Shown: one piece after another, positions 38,964-52,445 of the stretch
Numbering within the stretch: position 1 is the stretch's first letter
Layout: the number at the start of each line of letters is the position of its first letter
Source of the DNA: Oculina patagonica
Lineage: Eukaryota
DNA: 64,000 nucleotides
Assembly: GCF_052425735.1 (NCBI RefSeq)
Contig: NC_135763.1
Location: forward strand, 25,916,001 to 25,980,000
Direction: 5' to 3'
The notes under the pieces: generated by a model
What the model was told of the DNA's origin: nothing
The model's database searches: none
The model's input: only the letters and a program-made list of their open reading frames with translations
Position numbers and translations under genes: made by a program

Positions 38964-40033
38964 CTACATTGTGTCTTGAATGTTCTCCAACACCCTCGAC
39001 ATGTTGAGCAATGTTCCTTTAATGTCTTGCATAACGGTCAACCACTCGCTATTCCCGGTGTCGTAGTATCGGTCAAGGACATTCAGAGACCAAGGAATAT
39101 TTTTCTTTCGCAACTGACTTGCAAAAAATCGAGCGAAGTTGATCACCTCTCTTTCTTCCAGTGCACCACACGGTCGTTGTCTGCCGGCATCCATGCTCCT
39201 TGATAGGTGAGGAAATTTCTCTTTTTGGTAAAATCAGTTGCCTGTTTGATCGCTTTCCTGACATTATCACGACCATTCTTGTCATCGGGAGTACCGTCCC
39301 CCTTCCAGTACTTCTGTCCTCCTTTGTCCTTGTTTGGTCCCGATGCGTAAAGATGCCACTCAGCCATCAAGTACGGATCATTCTGATAGATCTTCTGGTC
39401 AATCTTGTCGAGGTCCTCTGCCGTTTTTCCTGGTGAACCTAAAATGAGAATACGTTTTGCATTGTTCCCGCCCGTTGCACGGATTGCTGCAACCACATCA
39501 GATGTCCAACGATTGTATTTGTCTGGCCTCATACGAAGACTTTCTTCACAAATTGTCTTCTGCCCTCCGCACCCGTATTTCCCTAGCTCAGTAAACAGAT
39601 TAAAGCTAAGTCTGAAGTCCCTGTTCTTCAGTTGCTTTGCCACGGTTGTCCACCAAGTGACGTAATTTTGTCGGTCTTCTTCAGTTGAGTATGCCTCAGC
39701 TTGGTGGTGGATCCAAGAAATTATTGGCGTTACGCCAACTTCGAGACATTTGTCGACTACCTTCGTCAAACTGGCGAGAAACTCGGTGAAGCCAGTGGTG
39801 TTGTATGGAGCTGAAAACAGATCCGCCCTGCACCGGAGCCTCACGTTTCGAAAGTTCTTCGAGAAGATGTCTTCGATATTCTTGTCATTGTATTTTGCCA
39901 ACGGGTCCGCTGTCTTGAACCAGTTTGTTGAAAAACCCTGACCGATCACGTCTTGGTAATCTGCTGGACTTATTGGCACGGATGCACTTGCCGCTGTAAT
40001 AGCGACGAGGACTGCAAAATATAAGACGATCAT
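38964..40033 (-). pseudogene. GH5-like gene copy 2 (single +2 frameshift near 39170)
   Basis: gcaccacacggtcg versus gcaccaccgtcg in copies 3 and 4; otherwise near-identical. Could be a sequencing error. Confidence 0.8.
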
Positions 40034-40875
40034 TTTTGCAAAGTGTAAGAGAAAGGATTGCAGGGGCAGTATTTAACATAGCGCTGCGAACGAAAGGTCA
40101 ACTTTGATTGGCTGGAAGAAGAATATACTTCAACAATCTAATTTCATGATCTTTCGGCTCATATCATCATCTTAAAAACCCGGTGCTATGACAATAATAG
40201 TGATAGCATACAAACTGGGGCAAATATTTGTACCTAAACTATCATGCGGTCGTCTAGTTGTCTTTGCACTGAGGGCAGATTTTTAATGTAATTTTCAAAA
40301 AACGGAAAGTTTAAATGAACTACGTTAAATCTCTTTGCAAAAATTTCAAAATAAATCACATAAGTTAGCATATAATGTGAAATTGTAAGTTGACGAGAAT
40401 GCTTTTGGCTCATATAAACGGGGCGAATATCTGTATCTACAATATCTTGCGGCTGATACCGCCAAGATGTCTTGGCATTGAGTGCCAAGCATTTTTCAAA
40501 TGATCTACATCAACGGACTAAGCTAAAGCCCATGGTCAACAAAACAATCACTCCGGATCCGAGCTTAGTTATTAGTTTAGCCCGATTTTTATTTGCATGT
40601 CTTTGTTTGAATAGCTAGATTTATCACTGCTCAGTTACACCTTTTCCACTTTTTATCGTTTTAAAGCAAGCCATTCCCGTCATCTTAAAGCTGTATCCAA
40701 TATAAATGCTGATTATATTTCGCGATCCGGAGAGATCAAAGCAGGGTCGTTGACGTGAATTCGTATTAATTGTTTATCGCTGATAATGTAACGACGACGA
40801 AAACGAAATCGAAAACGAGATCGAAAATAGTTTGTAGCTTATACCCGATAAAAAATAACTACCGAAAAACTTTAA

Positions 40876-41465
40876 CCCTATTCAGACCGGGCTTTTTTTG
40901 GTCTTTTTTGACCGGGGGGGGGCGGATTCCGCCCCCCCCCCTCCGTAACTTCCAGAATATTTAAGCAATCACAATGAAACTTACAGGATATATAGTATGT
41001 CCCAAAATCTATCTTTTGGTATATGTCACGTGGGATGATGACGTCACATCACGTGACAATTACATCATAATGTCAAAACAGCCGCCATCTTGGATCCGCC
41101 ATCTTGGATTTCGAATTTTTTTCAAAACGTCAGAAAACCGCCCAAAATTTACTGGAAAATACTCAAAACCAATAAAAATGTGCTTAAAACCCGTAAAAAG
41201 GTAAAAATAATTGCTTTAAAGTTATTTTTCATAAATAGAAACACCAAAATTACAAATTTGGGAAAACATGCCTGTCAAAATGCCGTTGCCATGGTGACGT
41301 CTAGTTTCTGACACAACAACCTACCCTACCAAATTATTCCCAGATAAATTTTAGATAAAGTCGCAAAGTTTGGCAGCGTTTGGTTGAATATTAAAAAAGT
41401 TATAAGCGTTCAAAGTCGGCGCGGGTACTTTCCGCCCACCCCCCCCCCCCCCGGTCTGGATAGGG
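40876..41465. mobile_element. piggyBac-type MITE
   Basis: TTAA TSDs and CCCTAT.CAGACCGGG TIRs. The empty TTAA site is present in the other units (~46519, ~51572). Confidence 0.92.
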
Positions 41466-44400
41466 TTAATGACCATGAAAAAAATACTTATAGTGCGTTA
41501 AAGGATCGGGCTTATTTTTGGATTTTAATTTGCATGCATTATAAAAATGTTTGGTTTATATAAGAGGGATACCTCGTCTGCAATTTCTCATGTGTATACA
41601 AGACTATCAAATGGTATAACTCTCTGAACACAACGATATAACGCCCTACAGCTAGTCATTAAATGAACTTTACATGTCTCTGAGCAAATTCCGATATGTT
41701 TAAATGCAAAGCAAGCACTTCAATAGGAGGCTTATATTCGAAGAAGTTATATTTTTCTTTAAAAGGTATTAGGTAAAAAACTCCTGCACGTGGATGGTGT
41801 ATATATAATAAGCTCGAGAGTTGAAAGCGCCTATTTAAGCACACATTCATGCACTTGTTGTGCTAGCACGCTTACCGAATTAAACTTACCCTGACCCGGA
41901 CCGCATGGATGTAACAAGAGGCAAAAATAACAGCATAGTTGAAAGGAAGAGAACACCAAACAAGTCAAAGTTAGAGACAAGCTGTACAGCTGAATTTAAA
42001 GTTATTTTTTTCTTTGGCAGCTGTCGACATAACATGGGTACATTAAGGTATGATAGCAAAAAGGCAGAAGGATTGGTATATGTTCTAGAACGTTCTGGGA
42101 AAATAATTTGAAACTTGAGATAAGCAAATACAGCTTTGCAACGTTCTTTGACAGGGAATGTTGTCCTTAAATTTCATTTACCAGCCTCTTCATGTAGAGA
42201 TTATATTTCGCACATCAAAGTAGTGATAGAAAAATGAAATAACAAAATCCAATGGTCAAGAAAAATATTGAAGTAAATACTTGGGTCTCCACAGTATGCC
42301 TCGATATATATATATATATATTTTTTCAATTTATCAAAATAAGCCAATATACCGACTGAATAAGCAATCTAGACGCATACTGTTTAAACAGGACACGGAA
42401 TATTTGTTTCGGCGACCGGCAAGTGTCTACATAATAACGACATCAACCAAAAATTCGTTATTCATATCAATAAAAATTTACTCAATTTCGTAAATTCTGT
42501 TAGAAGTAATAAAAAATATATGGCAGCTTTATCCGAGCTTTAATCTACTTGGCATGCACACTGTGAAGATACTTTTCCACGAGCGATCGCATTTCTATAT
42601 TTCATTCCCCCGATCCAAATTGTAACAAAAAGTCTGCGTCCACATTATGTTAGCTGAACTGAAAAAAGACATTGGGTGGTGAGATGGTGGTCCATTTTAA
42701 GTCCTGAATTTTCAATGCTGGTTGCCACTTGGTGATGTAAACTCAGCCTGCGCTTACTTCTTATTTCTTTCAGCCCGTCGATAAAAAAGTCAACCACATC
42801 ATCGACCTGCTGTTGCAATTTCACTGACCGATAAAATACAGAAAAAAAAAGTAAACGTTGTATAGAAAATAATTGCAACATTTGATGTCGGCAAAACAGA
42901 TCGTTATTTTAGCACTAGACATTATTTTGCATCCATGATACGTGGCTACGCTATAAGGCCTTACTACTCAATGTATCAATTTGTAGACAATTTCGACTTA
43001 TGATAAAGAGTCAAGAGGGTCCTGAAGGGGTAAAATGGGTCCGCATGGAGTTGTTGCCGTCAACTCGTGGTCTCATCGCTGATTCTTTTCTTTCTTTTTT
43101 TGATATCATTTGCAAGTCGAGATAAATACAAAATCTTGGAAAATAGCACTCATATAAGTACTATAAATTTCTAAAAAAAAAAACGGTGAAAGAGCTGAGG
43201 CGTCCATGATAAGTGACAGCTCCCCACTATCCAAACGAAGATGGGCGAGGTACAACTCGACTAAACAAATAACTCTGGCACGATCTATTCGGATTCTTGA
43301 GGGTATCAAGTTTGGCCTTATTACTCTTTGTTATCCTCCATGATAAAAATTCATAAAACAACACAGGTAAAATAAACATTCATTTTAAGTCTATTGCCTC
43401 AGCAGATCGAAAAATATAAATTGTTTATTGCGTTTAGATAAAGAGATTGTGAAGTTTTCATAAATGGTGACTTTTTCTTTCAAATAGGAAGATAAAAAAT
43501 GACGAGTTTGGTCGATGTCTAGTGTAATGTGTTAGGTAGCTTTTAAAATTCTAGTCTTATATAAGTACACTGATGTTGTTGTTCAAGTGTCTGACATTTT
43601 ACATTCAGAATTGGTAAAACAAAAGCGGCGTTGGATATTAAAAAAAATATATTTGAATGCTAATCCACTGTTGTCAGTAATGCCTCGCTTGTTGTATTTC
43701 GGAACAAGATAATTAACTAACAATATCGAATTCATTCAAATATTCTTGCCATACTTTTGCTTCCTCGCTGACTGCTGAACTACGTACGTATAAAGTAGCA
43801 CACAATGGTTGATTCAAGGTGTAAGGTTGTCTAAACACAAGCCATTGATGTCTTGTATGACACGATTGTTTCATTCCAGTAATGGGTATTGGTAAGCAAA
43901 AAAGCCACATTCATATTACACAGTGTGAAGAGAGTTGTATTGGCTGGAATAATTTGGTGTTGCGTCGCAAATTATATTTAAATAATCACGTTTATCCTAT
44001 GCAGTACAGATGGAATAGCTCCCAAAAGCCTTGAGGCATAGAAGATTCAATTAAAGGGCCGACTGAAATCGCTCATGATCAGCTTTGAAAGAGGTGGAGC
44101 TTCCAACCCAAAAGGCTCTTCGAACAGAAATCTATAATATTGAGATCGGGATCGCGGTTCATCGATAAATCTCAAGAAGGCGGGGTTTGCTGCTGATAAC
44201 ATTTTTGTATGCTCTGTTCTGACAGCTGTGGTATGGCGGTTGCTTTTATAAAATCCGTAGAAACAGTGCAGATCCGAAAACAAACGAAGTAAAACATTTC
44301 AAAAGCAAACTTTAATGTTACCGCTTTACATTGAACTTTCTAATCAAACTGAATGTCTTCCAGGAATAAGTCCTTATTTTAGTCAGGACGCTTCTTAGAG

Positions 44401-44609
44401 AAATAAAAAGCGTACATCAATGGTATTGCTTCAGTGATAGACTAATTAATACTCCCCTTTTAAGTCTAGTTGTACCTCTGTGAATCACATAAATCTTGAA
44501 ATAACCCTGATTTTGATTAGCCTTCTGAATTCCTCTTTTTATCATTACTCTGACGAATACACTATATGTTCATTATAGTTCCTTATGCTACATTCTATCG
44601 TTACATGAT

Positions 44610-45677
44610 CTACATTGTGTCTTGAATGTTCTCCAACACCCTCGACATGTTGAGCAATGTTCCTTTAATGTCTTGCATAACGGTCAACCACTCGCTATTC
44701 CCGGTGTCGTAGTATCGGTCAAGGACATTCAGAGACCAAGGAATATTTTTCTTTCGCAACTGACTTGCAAAAAATCGAGCGAAGTTGATCACCTCTCTTT
44801 CTTCCAGTGCACCACCGTCGTTGTCTGCCGGCATCCATGCTCCTTGATAGGTGAGGAGATTTCTCTTTTTGGTAAAATCAGTTGCCTGTTTGATCGCTTT
44901 CCTGACATTATCACGACCATTCTTGTCATCGGGAGTACCGTCCCCCTTCCAGTACTTCTGTCCTCCTTTGTCCTTGTTTGGTCCCGACGCGTAAAGATGC
45001 CACTCAGCCATCAAGAACGGATCATTCTGATAGATCTTCTGGTCAATCTTGTCGAGGTCCTCTGCCGTTTTTCCTGGTGAACCTAAAATGAGAATACGTT
45101 TTGCATTGTTCCCGCCCGTTGCACGGATTGCTGCAACCACATCAGATGTCCAACGATTGTATTTGTCTGGCCTCATACGAAGACTTCCTTCACAAATTGT
45201 CTTCTGCCCTCCGCACCCGTATTTCCCTAGCTCAGTAAACAGATTAAAGCTAAGTCTGTAGTCCCTGTTCTTCAGTTGCTTTGCCACGGTTGTCCACCAA
45301 GTGACGTAATTTTTTCGGTCTTCTTCAGTTGAGTATGCCTCAGCTTGGTGGTGGATCCAAGAAATTATTGGCGTTACGCCAACTTCGAGACATTTGTCGA
45401 CTACCTTCGACAAACTGGCGAGAAACTCGGTGAAGCCAGTGGTGTTGTATGGAGCTGAAAACAGATCCGCCCTGCACCGGAGCCTCACGTTTCGAAAGTT
45501 CTTCGAGAAGATGTCTTCGATATTCTTGTCATTGTATTTTGCCAACGGGTACGCTGTCTTGAACCAGTTTGTTGAAAAACCCTGACCGATCACGTCTTGG
45601 TAATCTGCTGGACTTATTGGCAAGGATGCACTTGCTGCTGTAATAACGACGAGGACTGCAAAATATAAGACGATCAT
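44610..45677 (-). CDS. Secreted GH5-fold (cellulase-family) protein, copy 3, intact, 355 aa
   Basis: Signal peptide, then NVRL, IISWIHH, FNLFTE, AIRATGGNN..RIL, WHLY and GAWMP. Intronless. Confidence 0.9.
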   Translation of the reverse strand: MIVLYFAVLVVITAASASLPISPADYQDVIGQGFSTNWFKTAYPLAKYNDKNIEDIFSKNFRNVRLRCRADLFSAPYNTTGFTEFLASLSKVVDKCLEVGVTPIISWIHHQAEAYSTEEDRKNYVTWWTTVAKQLKNRDYRLSFNLFTELGKYGCGGQKTICEGSLRMRPDKYNRWTSDVVAAIRATGGNNAKRILILGSPGKTAEDLDKIDQKIYQNDPFLMAEWHLYASGPNKDKGGQKYWKGDGTPDDKNGRDNVRKAIKQATDFTKKRNLLTYQGAWMPADNDGGALEEREVINFARFFASQLRKKNIPWSLNVLDRYYDTGNSEWLTVMQDIKGTLLNMSRVLENIQDTM

Positions 45678-48600
45678 TTTGCAAAGTGTAAGAGAAAGGA
45701 TTGCAGGGGCAGTATTTAACATAGCGCTGCGAACGAAAGGTCAACTTTGATTGGCTGGAAGAAGAATATACTTCAACAATCTAATTTCATGATCTTTCGG
45801 CTCATATCATCATCTTAAAAACCCGGTGCTATGACAATAATAGTGATAGCATACAAACTGGGGCAAATATTTGTACCTAAACTATCATGCGGTCGTCTAG
45901 TTGTCTTTGCAATGAGGGCAGATTTTTAATGTACTTTTCAAAAAACGGAAAGTTTAAATGAACTACGTTAAATCTCTTTGCAAACATTTCAAAATAAATC
46001 ACATAAGTTAGCATATAATGTGAAATTGTAAGTTGACGAGAATGCTTTTGGCTCATATAAACGGGGCGAATATCTGTATCTACAATATCTTGCGGCTGAT
46101 ACCGCCAAGATGTCTTGGCATTGAGTGCCAAGCATTTTTCAAATGGTCTACATCAACGGACTAAGCTAAAGCCCATGGTCAACAAAACAATCACTCCGGA
46201 TCCGAGCTTAGTTAATAGTTTAGCCCGATTTTTATTTGCATGTCTTTGTTTGAATAGCTAGATTTATCACTGTTCAGTTACACCTTTTCCACTTTTTATC
46301 GTTTTAAAGCAAGCCATTCTCGTCATCTTAAAGCTGCATGTATCCAATATAAATGCTGATTATATTTCGCGATCCGGAGAGATCAAAGCAGGGTCGTTGA
46401 CGTGAATTCGTATTAATTATTTATCGCTGATAATGTAACGACGACGAAAACGAAATCGAAAACGAGATCGAAAAGAGTTTGTAGCTTATACCCGATAAAA
46501 AATAACTACCGAAAAAATTTAATGACCTTGAAAGAAATACTTATAGTGCGTTAAAGGATCGGGCTTATTTTTGGATTTTAATTTGCATGCATTATAAAAA
46601 TGTTTGGTTTATATAAGAGGGATACCTCGTCTGCAATTTCTCATGTGTATACAAGACTATCAAATGGTATAACTCTCTGAACACAACGATATAACGCCCT
46701 ACAGCTAGTCATTAAATGAACTTTACATGTCTCTGAGCAAATTCCGATATGTTTAAATGCAAAGCAAGCACGTCAATAGGAGGCTTATATTCGAAGAAGT
46801 TATATTTTTCTTTAAGAGGTATTAGGTAACAAAGTCCTGCACGTGGCTGGTGTTTATATAATAAGCTCGAGAGTTGAAAGCGCCTATTAAAGCACACATT
46901 CATGCACTTGTTGTGCTAGCACGCTTGCCTAATTAAACTTACCCTGACCCGGACCGCATGGATGTAACAAGAGGCAAAAATAACAGCATAGTTGAAAGGA
47001 AGAAAACACCAAACAAGTCAAAGTTAGAGACAAGCTGTACAGCTGAATATAAAGTTATTTTTTTTTCTTTGACAGCAGTCGACATAGCGTGGGTACATTA
47101 AGGTATGGTAGCAAAAAGACAGAAGGATTGGTATATGTTCTAGAACGTTCTGGGAAAATAATTTTAAAACTTGAGATAAGCAAATACAGCTTTGCAACGT
47201 TCTTTGACAGGGAATGTTGTCCTTAAATTTTTATTTACCAGCCTCTTCATGTAGAGATCATATTTCGCACATCAAAGTAGTGATAGAAAATTGAAATAAC
47301 AAAATCCAATGGTCAAGAAAAATATTGAAGTAAATACTTGGGTCTCCACAGTATGCCTCGATATATATATATATATATTTTTTCAATTTATCAAAATAAG
47401 CCAATATACCGACTGAATAAGCAATCTAGACGCATACTGTTTAAACAGGACACGGAATATTTGTTTCGGCGACCGGCAAGTGTCTACATAATAACGTCAT
47501 CAACCAAAAATTCGTTATTCATATCAATAAAAATTTACTCAATTTCGTAAATTCTGTTAGAACTAATAAAAAAATATATGGCAGCTTTATCCGAGCTTTA
47601 ATCTACTTGGCAAGCACACTGTGAAGATACTTTTCCACGAGCAATCGCATTTCTATATTTTATTCCCCCGATCCAAATTGTAACAAAAAGTCTGCGTCCA
47701 CATTATGTTAGCTGAACTGAAAAAAGACATTGCGTGGCGAGATGTTGGTCCATTTTAAGTCCTGAATTTTCAATGCTGGTTGCCACTTGGTGATGTAAAC
47801 TCAGCCTGCGCTTACTTCTTATTTCTTTCAGCCCGTCGATAAAAAAGTCAACTACATCATCGACCTGCTGTTGCAATTTCACTGACCGATAAAATACAGA
47901 AAAAAAAGTAAACGTTGTATAGAAAATAATTGCAACATTTGATGTCGGCAAAACAGATCGTTGTTTTAGCACTAGACATTATTTTGCATCCATGATACGT
48001 GGCTACGCTATAAGGCCTTCTACTCAATGTATCAATTTGTAGACAATTTTGACTTATGATAAAGAGTCAAGAGGGTCCTGAAGGGGTAAAATGGGTCCGC
48101 ATGGAGTTGTTGCCGTCAACTCGTGGTCTCATCGCTGATTCTTTTCTTTCTTTTTTTGATATCATTTGCAAGTCGAGATAAATACAAAATCTTGGAAAAT
48201 AGCACTCATATAAGTACTATAAATTTCTAAAAAAAAAAAACGGTGAAAGAGCTGAGGCGTCCATGATAAGTGACAGCTCCCCACTATCCAAACGAAGATG
48301 GGCGAGGTACAACTCGACTAAACAAATAACTCTGGCACGATCTATTCGGATTCTTGAGGGTATCAAGTTTGGCCTTATTACTCTTTGTTATCCTCCATGA
48401 TAAAAATTCATAAAACAACACAGGTAAAATAAACATTCATTTTAAGTCTATTGCCTCAGCAGATCGAAAAATATAAATTGTTTATTGCGTTTAGATAAAG
48501 AGATTGTGAAGTTTTCATAAATGGTGACTTTTTCTTTCAAATAGGAAGATAAAAAATGACGAGTTTGGTCGATGTCTAGTGTAATGTGTTAGGTAGCTTT

Positions 48601-49666
48601 TAAAATTCTAGTCTTATATAAGTACACTGATGTTGTTGTTCAAGTGTCTGACATTTTACATTCAGAATTGGTAAAACAAAAGCGGCGTTGGATATTAAAA
48701 AAAATATATTTGAATGCTAATCCACTGTTGTCAGTAATGCCTCGCTTGTTGTATTTCGGAACAAGATAATTAACTAACAATATCGAATTCATTCAAATAT
48801 TCTTGCCATACTTTTGCTTCCTCGCTGACTGCTGAACTACGTACGTATAAAGTAGCACACAATGGTTGATTCAAGGTGTAAGGTTGTCTAAACACAAGCC
48901 ATTGATGTCTTGTATGACACGATTGTTTCATTCCAGTAATGGGTATTGGTAAGCAAAAAAGACACATTCATATTACACAGTGTGAAGAGAGTTGTATTGG
49001 CTGGAATAATTTGGTGTTGCGTCGCAAATTATATTTAAATAATCACGTTTATCCTATGCAGTACAGATGGAATAGCTCCCAAAAGCCTTGAGGCATAGAA
49101 GATTCAATTAAAGGGCCGACTGAAATCGCTCATGATCAGCTTTGAAAGAGGTGGAGCTTCCAACCCAAAAGGCTCTTCGAACAGAAATCTATAATATTGA
49201 GATCGGGATCGCGGTTCATCGATAAATCTCAAGAAGGCGGGGTTTGCTGCTGATAACATTTTTGTATGCTCTGTTCTGACAGCTGTGGTATGGCGGTTGC
49301 TTTTATAAAATCCGTAGAAACAGTGCAGATCCGAAAACAAACGAAGTAAAACATTTCAAAAGCAAACTTTAATGTTACCGCTTTACATTGAACTTTCTAA
49401 TCAAACTGAATGTCTTCCAGGAATAAGTCCTTATTTTAGTCAGGACGCTTCTTAGAGAAATAAAAAGCGTACATCAATGGTATTGCTTCAGTGATAGACT
49501 AATTAATACTCCCCTTTTAAGTCTAGTTGTACCTCTGTGAATCACATAAATCTTGAAATAACCCTGATTTTGATTAGCCTTCTGAATTCCTCTTTTTATC
49601 ATTACCCTGACGAATACACTATATGTTCATTATAGTTCCTTATGCTACATTCTATCGTTACATGAT

Positions 49667-50734
49667 CTACATTGTGTCTTGAATGTTCTCCAACACCCTC
49701 GACATGTTGAGCAATGTTCCTTTAATGTCTTGCATAACGGTCAACCACTCGCTATTCCCGGTGTCGTAGTATCGGTCAAGGACATTCAGAGACCAAGGAA
49801 TATTTTTCTTTCGCAACTGACTTGCAAAAAATCGAGCGAAGTTGATCACCTCTCTTTCTTCCAGTGCACCACCGTCGTTGTCTGCCGGCATCCATGCTCC
49901 TTGATAGGTGAGGAGATTTCTCTTTTTGGTAAAATCAGTTGCCTGTTTGATCGCTTTCCTGACATTATCACGACCATTCTTGTCATCGGGAGTACCGTCC
50001 CCCTTCCAGTACTTCTGTCCTCCTTTGTCCTTGTTTGGTCCCGACGCGTAAAGATGCCACTCAGCCATCAAGAACGGATCATTCTGATAGATCTTCTGGT
50101 CAATCTTGTCGAGGTCCTCTGCCGTTTTTCCTGGTGAACCTAAAATGAGAATACGTTTTGCATTGTTCCCGCCCGTTGCACGGATTGCTGCAACCACATC
50201 AGATGTCCAACGATTGTATTTGTCTGGCCTCATACGAAGACTTCCTTCACAAATTGTCTTCTGCCCTCCGCACCCGTATTTCCCTAGCTCAGTAAACAGA
50301 TTAAAGCTAAGTCTGTAGTCCCTGTTCTTCAGTTGCTTTGCCACGGTTGTCCACCAAGTGACGTAATTTTTTCGGTCTTCTTCAGTTGAGTATGCCTCAG
50401 CTTGGTGGTGGATCCAAGAAATTATTGGCGTTACGCCAACTTCGAGACATTTGTCGACTACCTTCGTCAAACTGGCGAGAAACTCGGTGAAGCCAGTGGT
50501 GTTGTATGGAGCTGAAAACAGATCCGCCCTGCACCGGAGCCTCACGTTTCGAAAGTTCTTCGAGAAGATGTCTTCGATATTCTTGTCATTGTATTTTGCC
50601 AACGGGTCCGCTGTCTTGAACCAGTTTGTTGAAAAACCCTGACCGATCACGTCTTGGTAATCTGCTGGACTTATTGGCACGGATGCACTTGCTGCTGTAA
50701 TAGCGACGAGGACTGCAAAATATAAGACGATCAT
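49667..50734 (-). CDS. Secreted GH5-fold (cellulase-family) protein, copy 4, intact, 355 aa
   Basis: Same motifs as copy 3; 4 aa differences. Confidence 0.9.
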   Translation of the reverse strand: MIVLYFAVLVAITAASASVPISPADYQDVIGQGFSTNWFKTADPLAKYNDKNIEDIFSKNFRNVRLRCRADLFSAPYNTTGFTEFLASLTKVVDKCLEVGVTPIISWIHHQAEAYSTEEDRKNYVTWWTTVAKQLKNRDYRLSFNLFTELGKYGCGGQKTICEGSLRMRPDKYNRWTSDVVAAIRATGGNNAKRILILGSPGKTAEDLDKIDQKIYQNDPFLMAEWHLYASGPNKDKGGQKYWKGDGTPDDKNGRDNVRKAIKQATDFTKKRNLLTYQGAWMPADNDGGALEEREVINFARFFASQLRKKNIPWSLNVLDRYYDTGNSEWLTVMQDIKGTLLNMSRVLENIQDTM

Positions 50735-52445
50735 TTTTGCAAAGTGTAAGAGAAAGGATTGCAGGGGCAGTATTTAACATAGCGCTGCGAACGAAAGGTC
50801 AACTTTGATTGGCTGGAAGAAGAATATACTTCAACAATCTAATTTCATGATCTTTCGGCTCATATCATCATCTTAAAAACCCGGTGCTATGACAATGATA
50901 GTGATAGCATACAAACTGGGGCAAATATTTGTACCTAAACTATCATGCGGTCGTCTAGTTGTCTTTGCACTGAGGGCAGATTTTTAATGTACTTTTCAAA
51001 AAACGGAAAGTTTAAATGAACTACGTTAAATCTCTTTGCAAAAATTTCAAAATAAATCACATAAGTTAGCATATAATGTGAAATTGTAAGTTGACGAGAA
51101 TGCTTTTGGCTCATATAAACGGGGCGAATATCTGTATCTACAATATCTTGCGGCTGATACCGCCAAGATGTCTTGGCATTGAGTGCCAAGCATTTTTCAA
51201 ATGATCTACATCAACGGACTAAGCTAAAGCCCATGGTCAACAAAACAATCACTCCGGATCCGAGCTTAGTTATTAGTTTAGCCCGATTTTTATTTGCATG
51301 TCTTTGTTTGAATAGCTAGATTTATCACTGCTCAGTTACACCTTTTCCACTTTTTATCGTTTTAAAGCAAGCCATTCTCGTCATCTTAAAGCTGTATCCA
51401 ATATAAATGCTGATTATATTTCGCGATCCGGAGAGATCAAAGCAGGGTCGTTGACGTGAATTCGTATTAATTGTTTATCGCTGATAATGTAACGACGACG
51501 AAAACGAAATCGAAAACGAGATCGAAAAGAGTTTGTAGCTTATACCCGATAAAAAATAACTACCGAAAAACTTTAATGACCATGAAAAAAATACTTATAG
51601 TGCGTTAAAGGATCGGGCTTATTTTTGGATTTTAATTTGCATGCATTATAAAAATGTTTGGTTTATATAAGAGGGATACCTCCTCTGCAATTTCTCATGT
51701 GTATACAAGACTATCAAATGGTATAACTCTCTGAACACAACGATATAACGCCCTACAGCTAGTCATTAAATGAACTTTACATGTCTCTGAGCAAATTCCG
51801 ATACGTTTAAATGCAAAGCAAGCACTTCAATAGGAGGCTTATATTCAAGAAGTTATATTTTTCTTTAAAAGGTATTAGGTAAAAAACTCCTGCACGTGGA
51901 TGGTGTATATATAATAAGCTCGAGAGTTGAAAGCGCCTATTTAAGCACACATTCATGCACTTGTTGTGCTAGCACGCTTACCGAATTAAACTTACCCTGA
52001 CCCGGACCGCATGGATGTAACAAGAGGCAAAAATAACAGCATAGTTGAAAGGAAGAGAACACCAAACAAGTCAAAGTTAGAGACAAGCTGTACAGCTGAA
52101 TTTAAAGTTATTTTTTCTTTGGCAGCTGTCGACATAACATGGGTACATTAAGGTATGATAGCAAAAAGGCAGAAGGATTGGTATATGTTCTAGAACGTTC
52201 TGGGAAAATAATTTGAAACTTGAGATAAGCAAATACAGCTTTGCAACGTTCTTTGACAGGGAATGTTGTCCTTAAATTTCATTTACCAGCCTCTTCATGT
52301 AGAGATTATATTTCGCACATCAAAGTAGTGATAGAAAAATGAAATAACAAAATCCAGTGGTCAAGAAAAATATTGAAGTAAATACTTGGGTCCCCACAGT
52401 ATGCCTCGATATATATATATATATATTTTTTTTTCAATTTATCAA

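Noticed and set aside
45678-45722. 15-aa N-terminal extension of GH5 copy 3
   Set aside because: Non-ATG start, in frame only because of a one-T difference; absent in the other copies.
38401-49340. Recurrent short ORFs in the GH5 units (MFSD..., MALNAK..., MGLHSM...)
   Set aside because: They recur only because the DNA is duplicated; mostly non-ATG starts and no domain signal.
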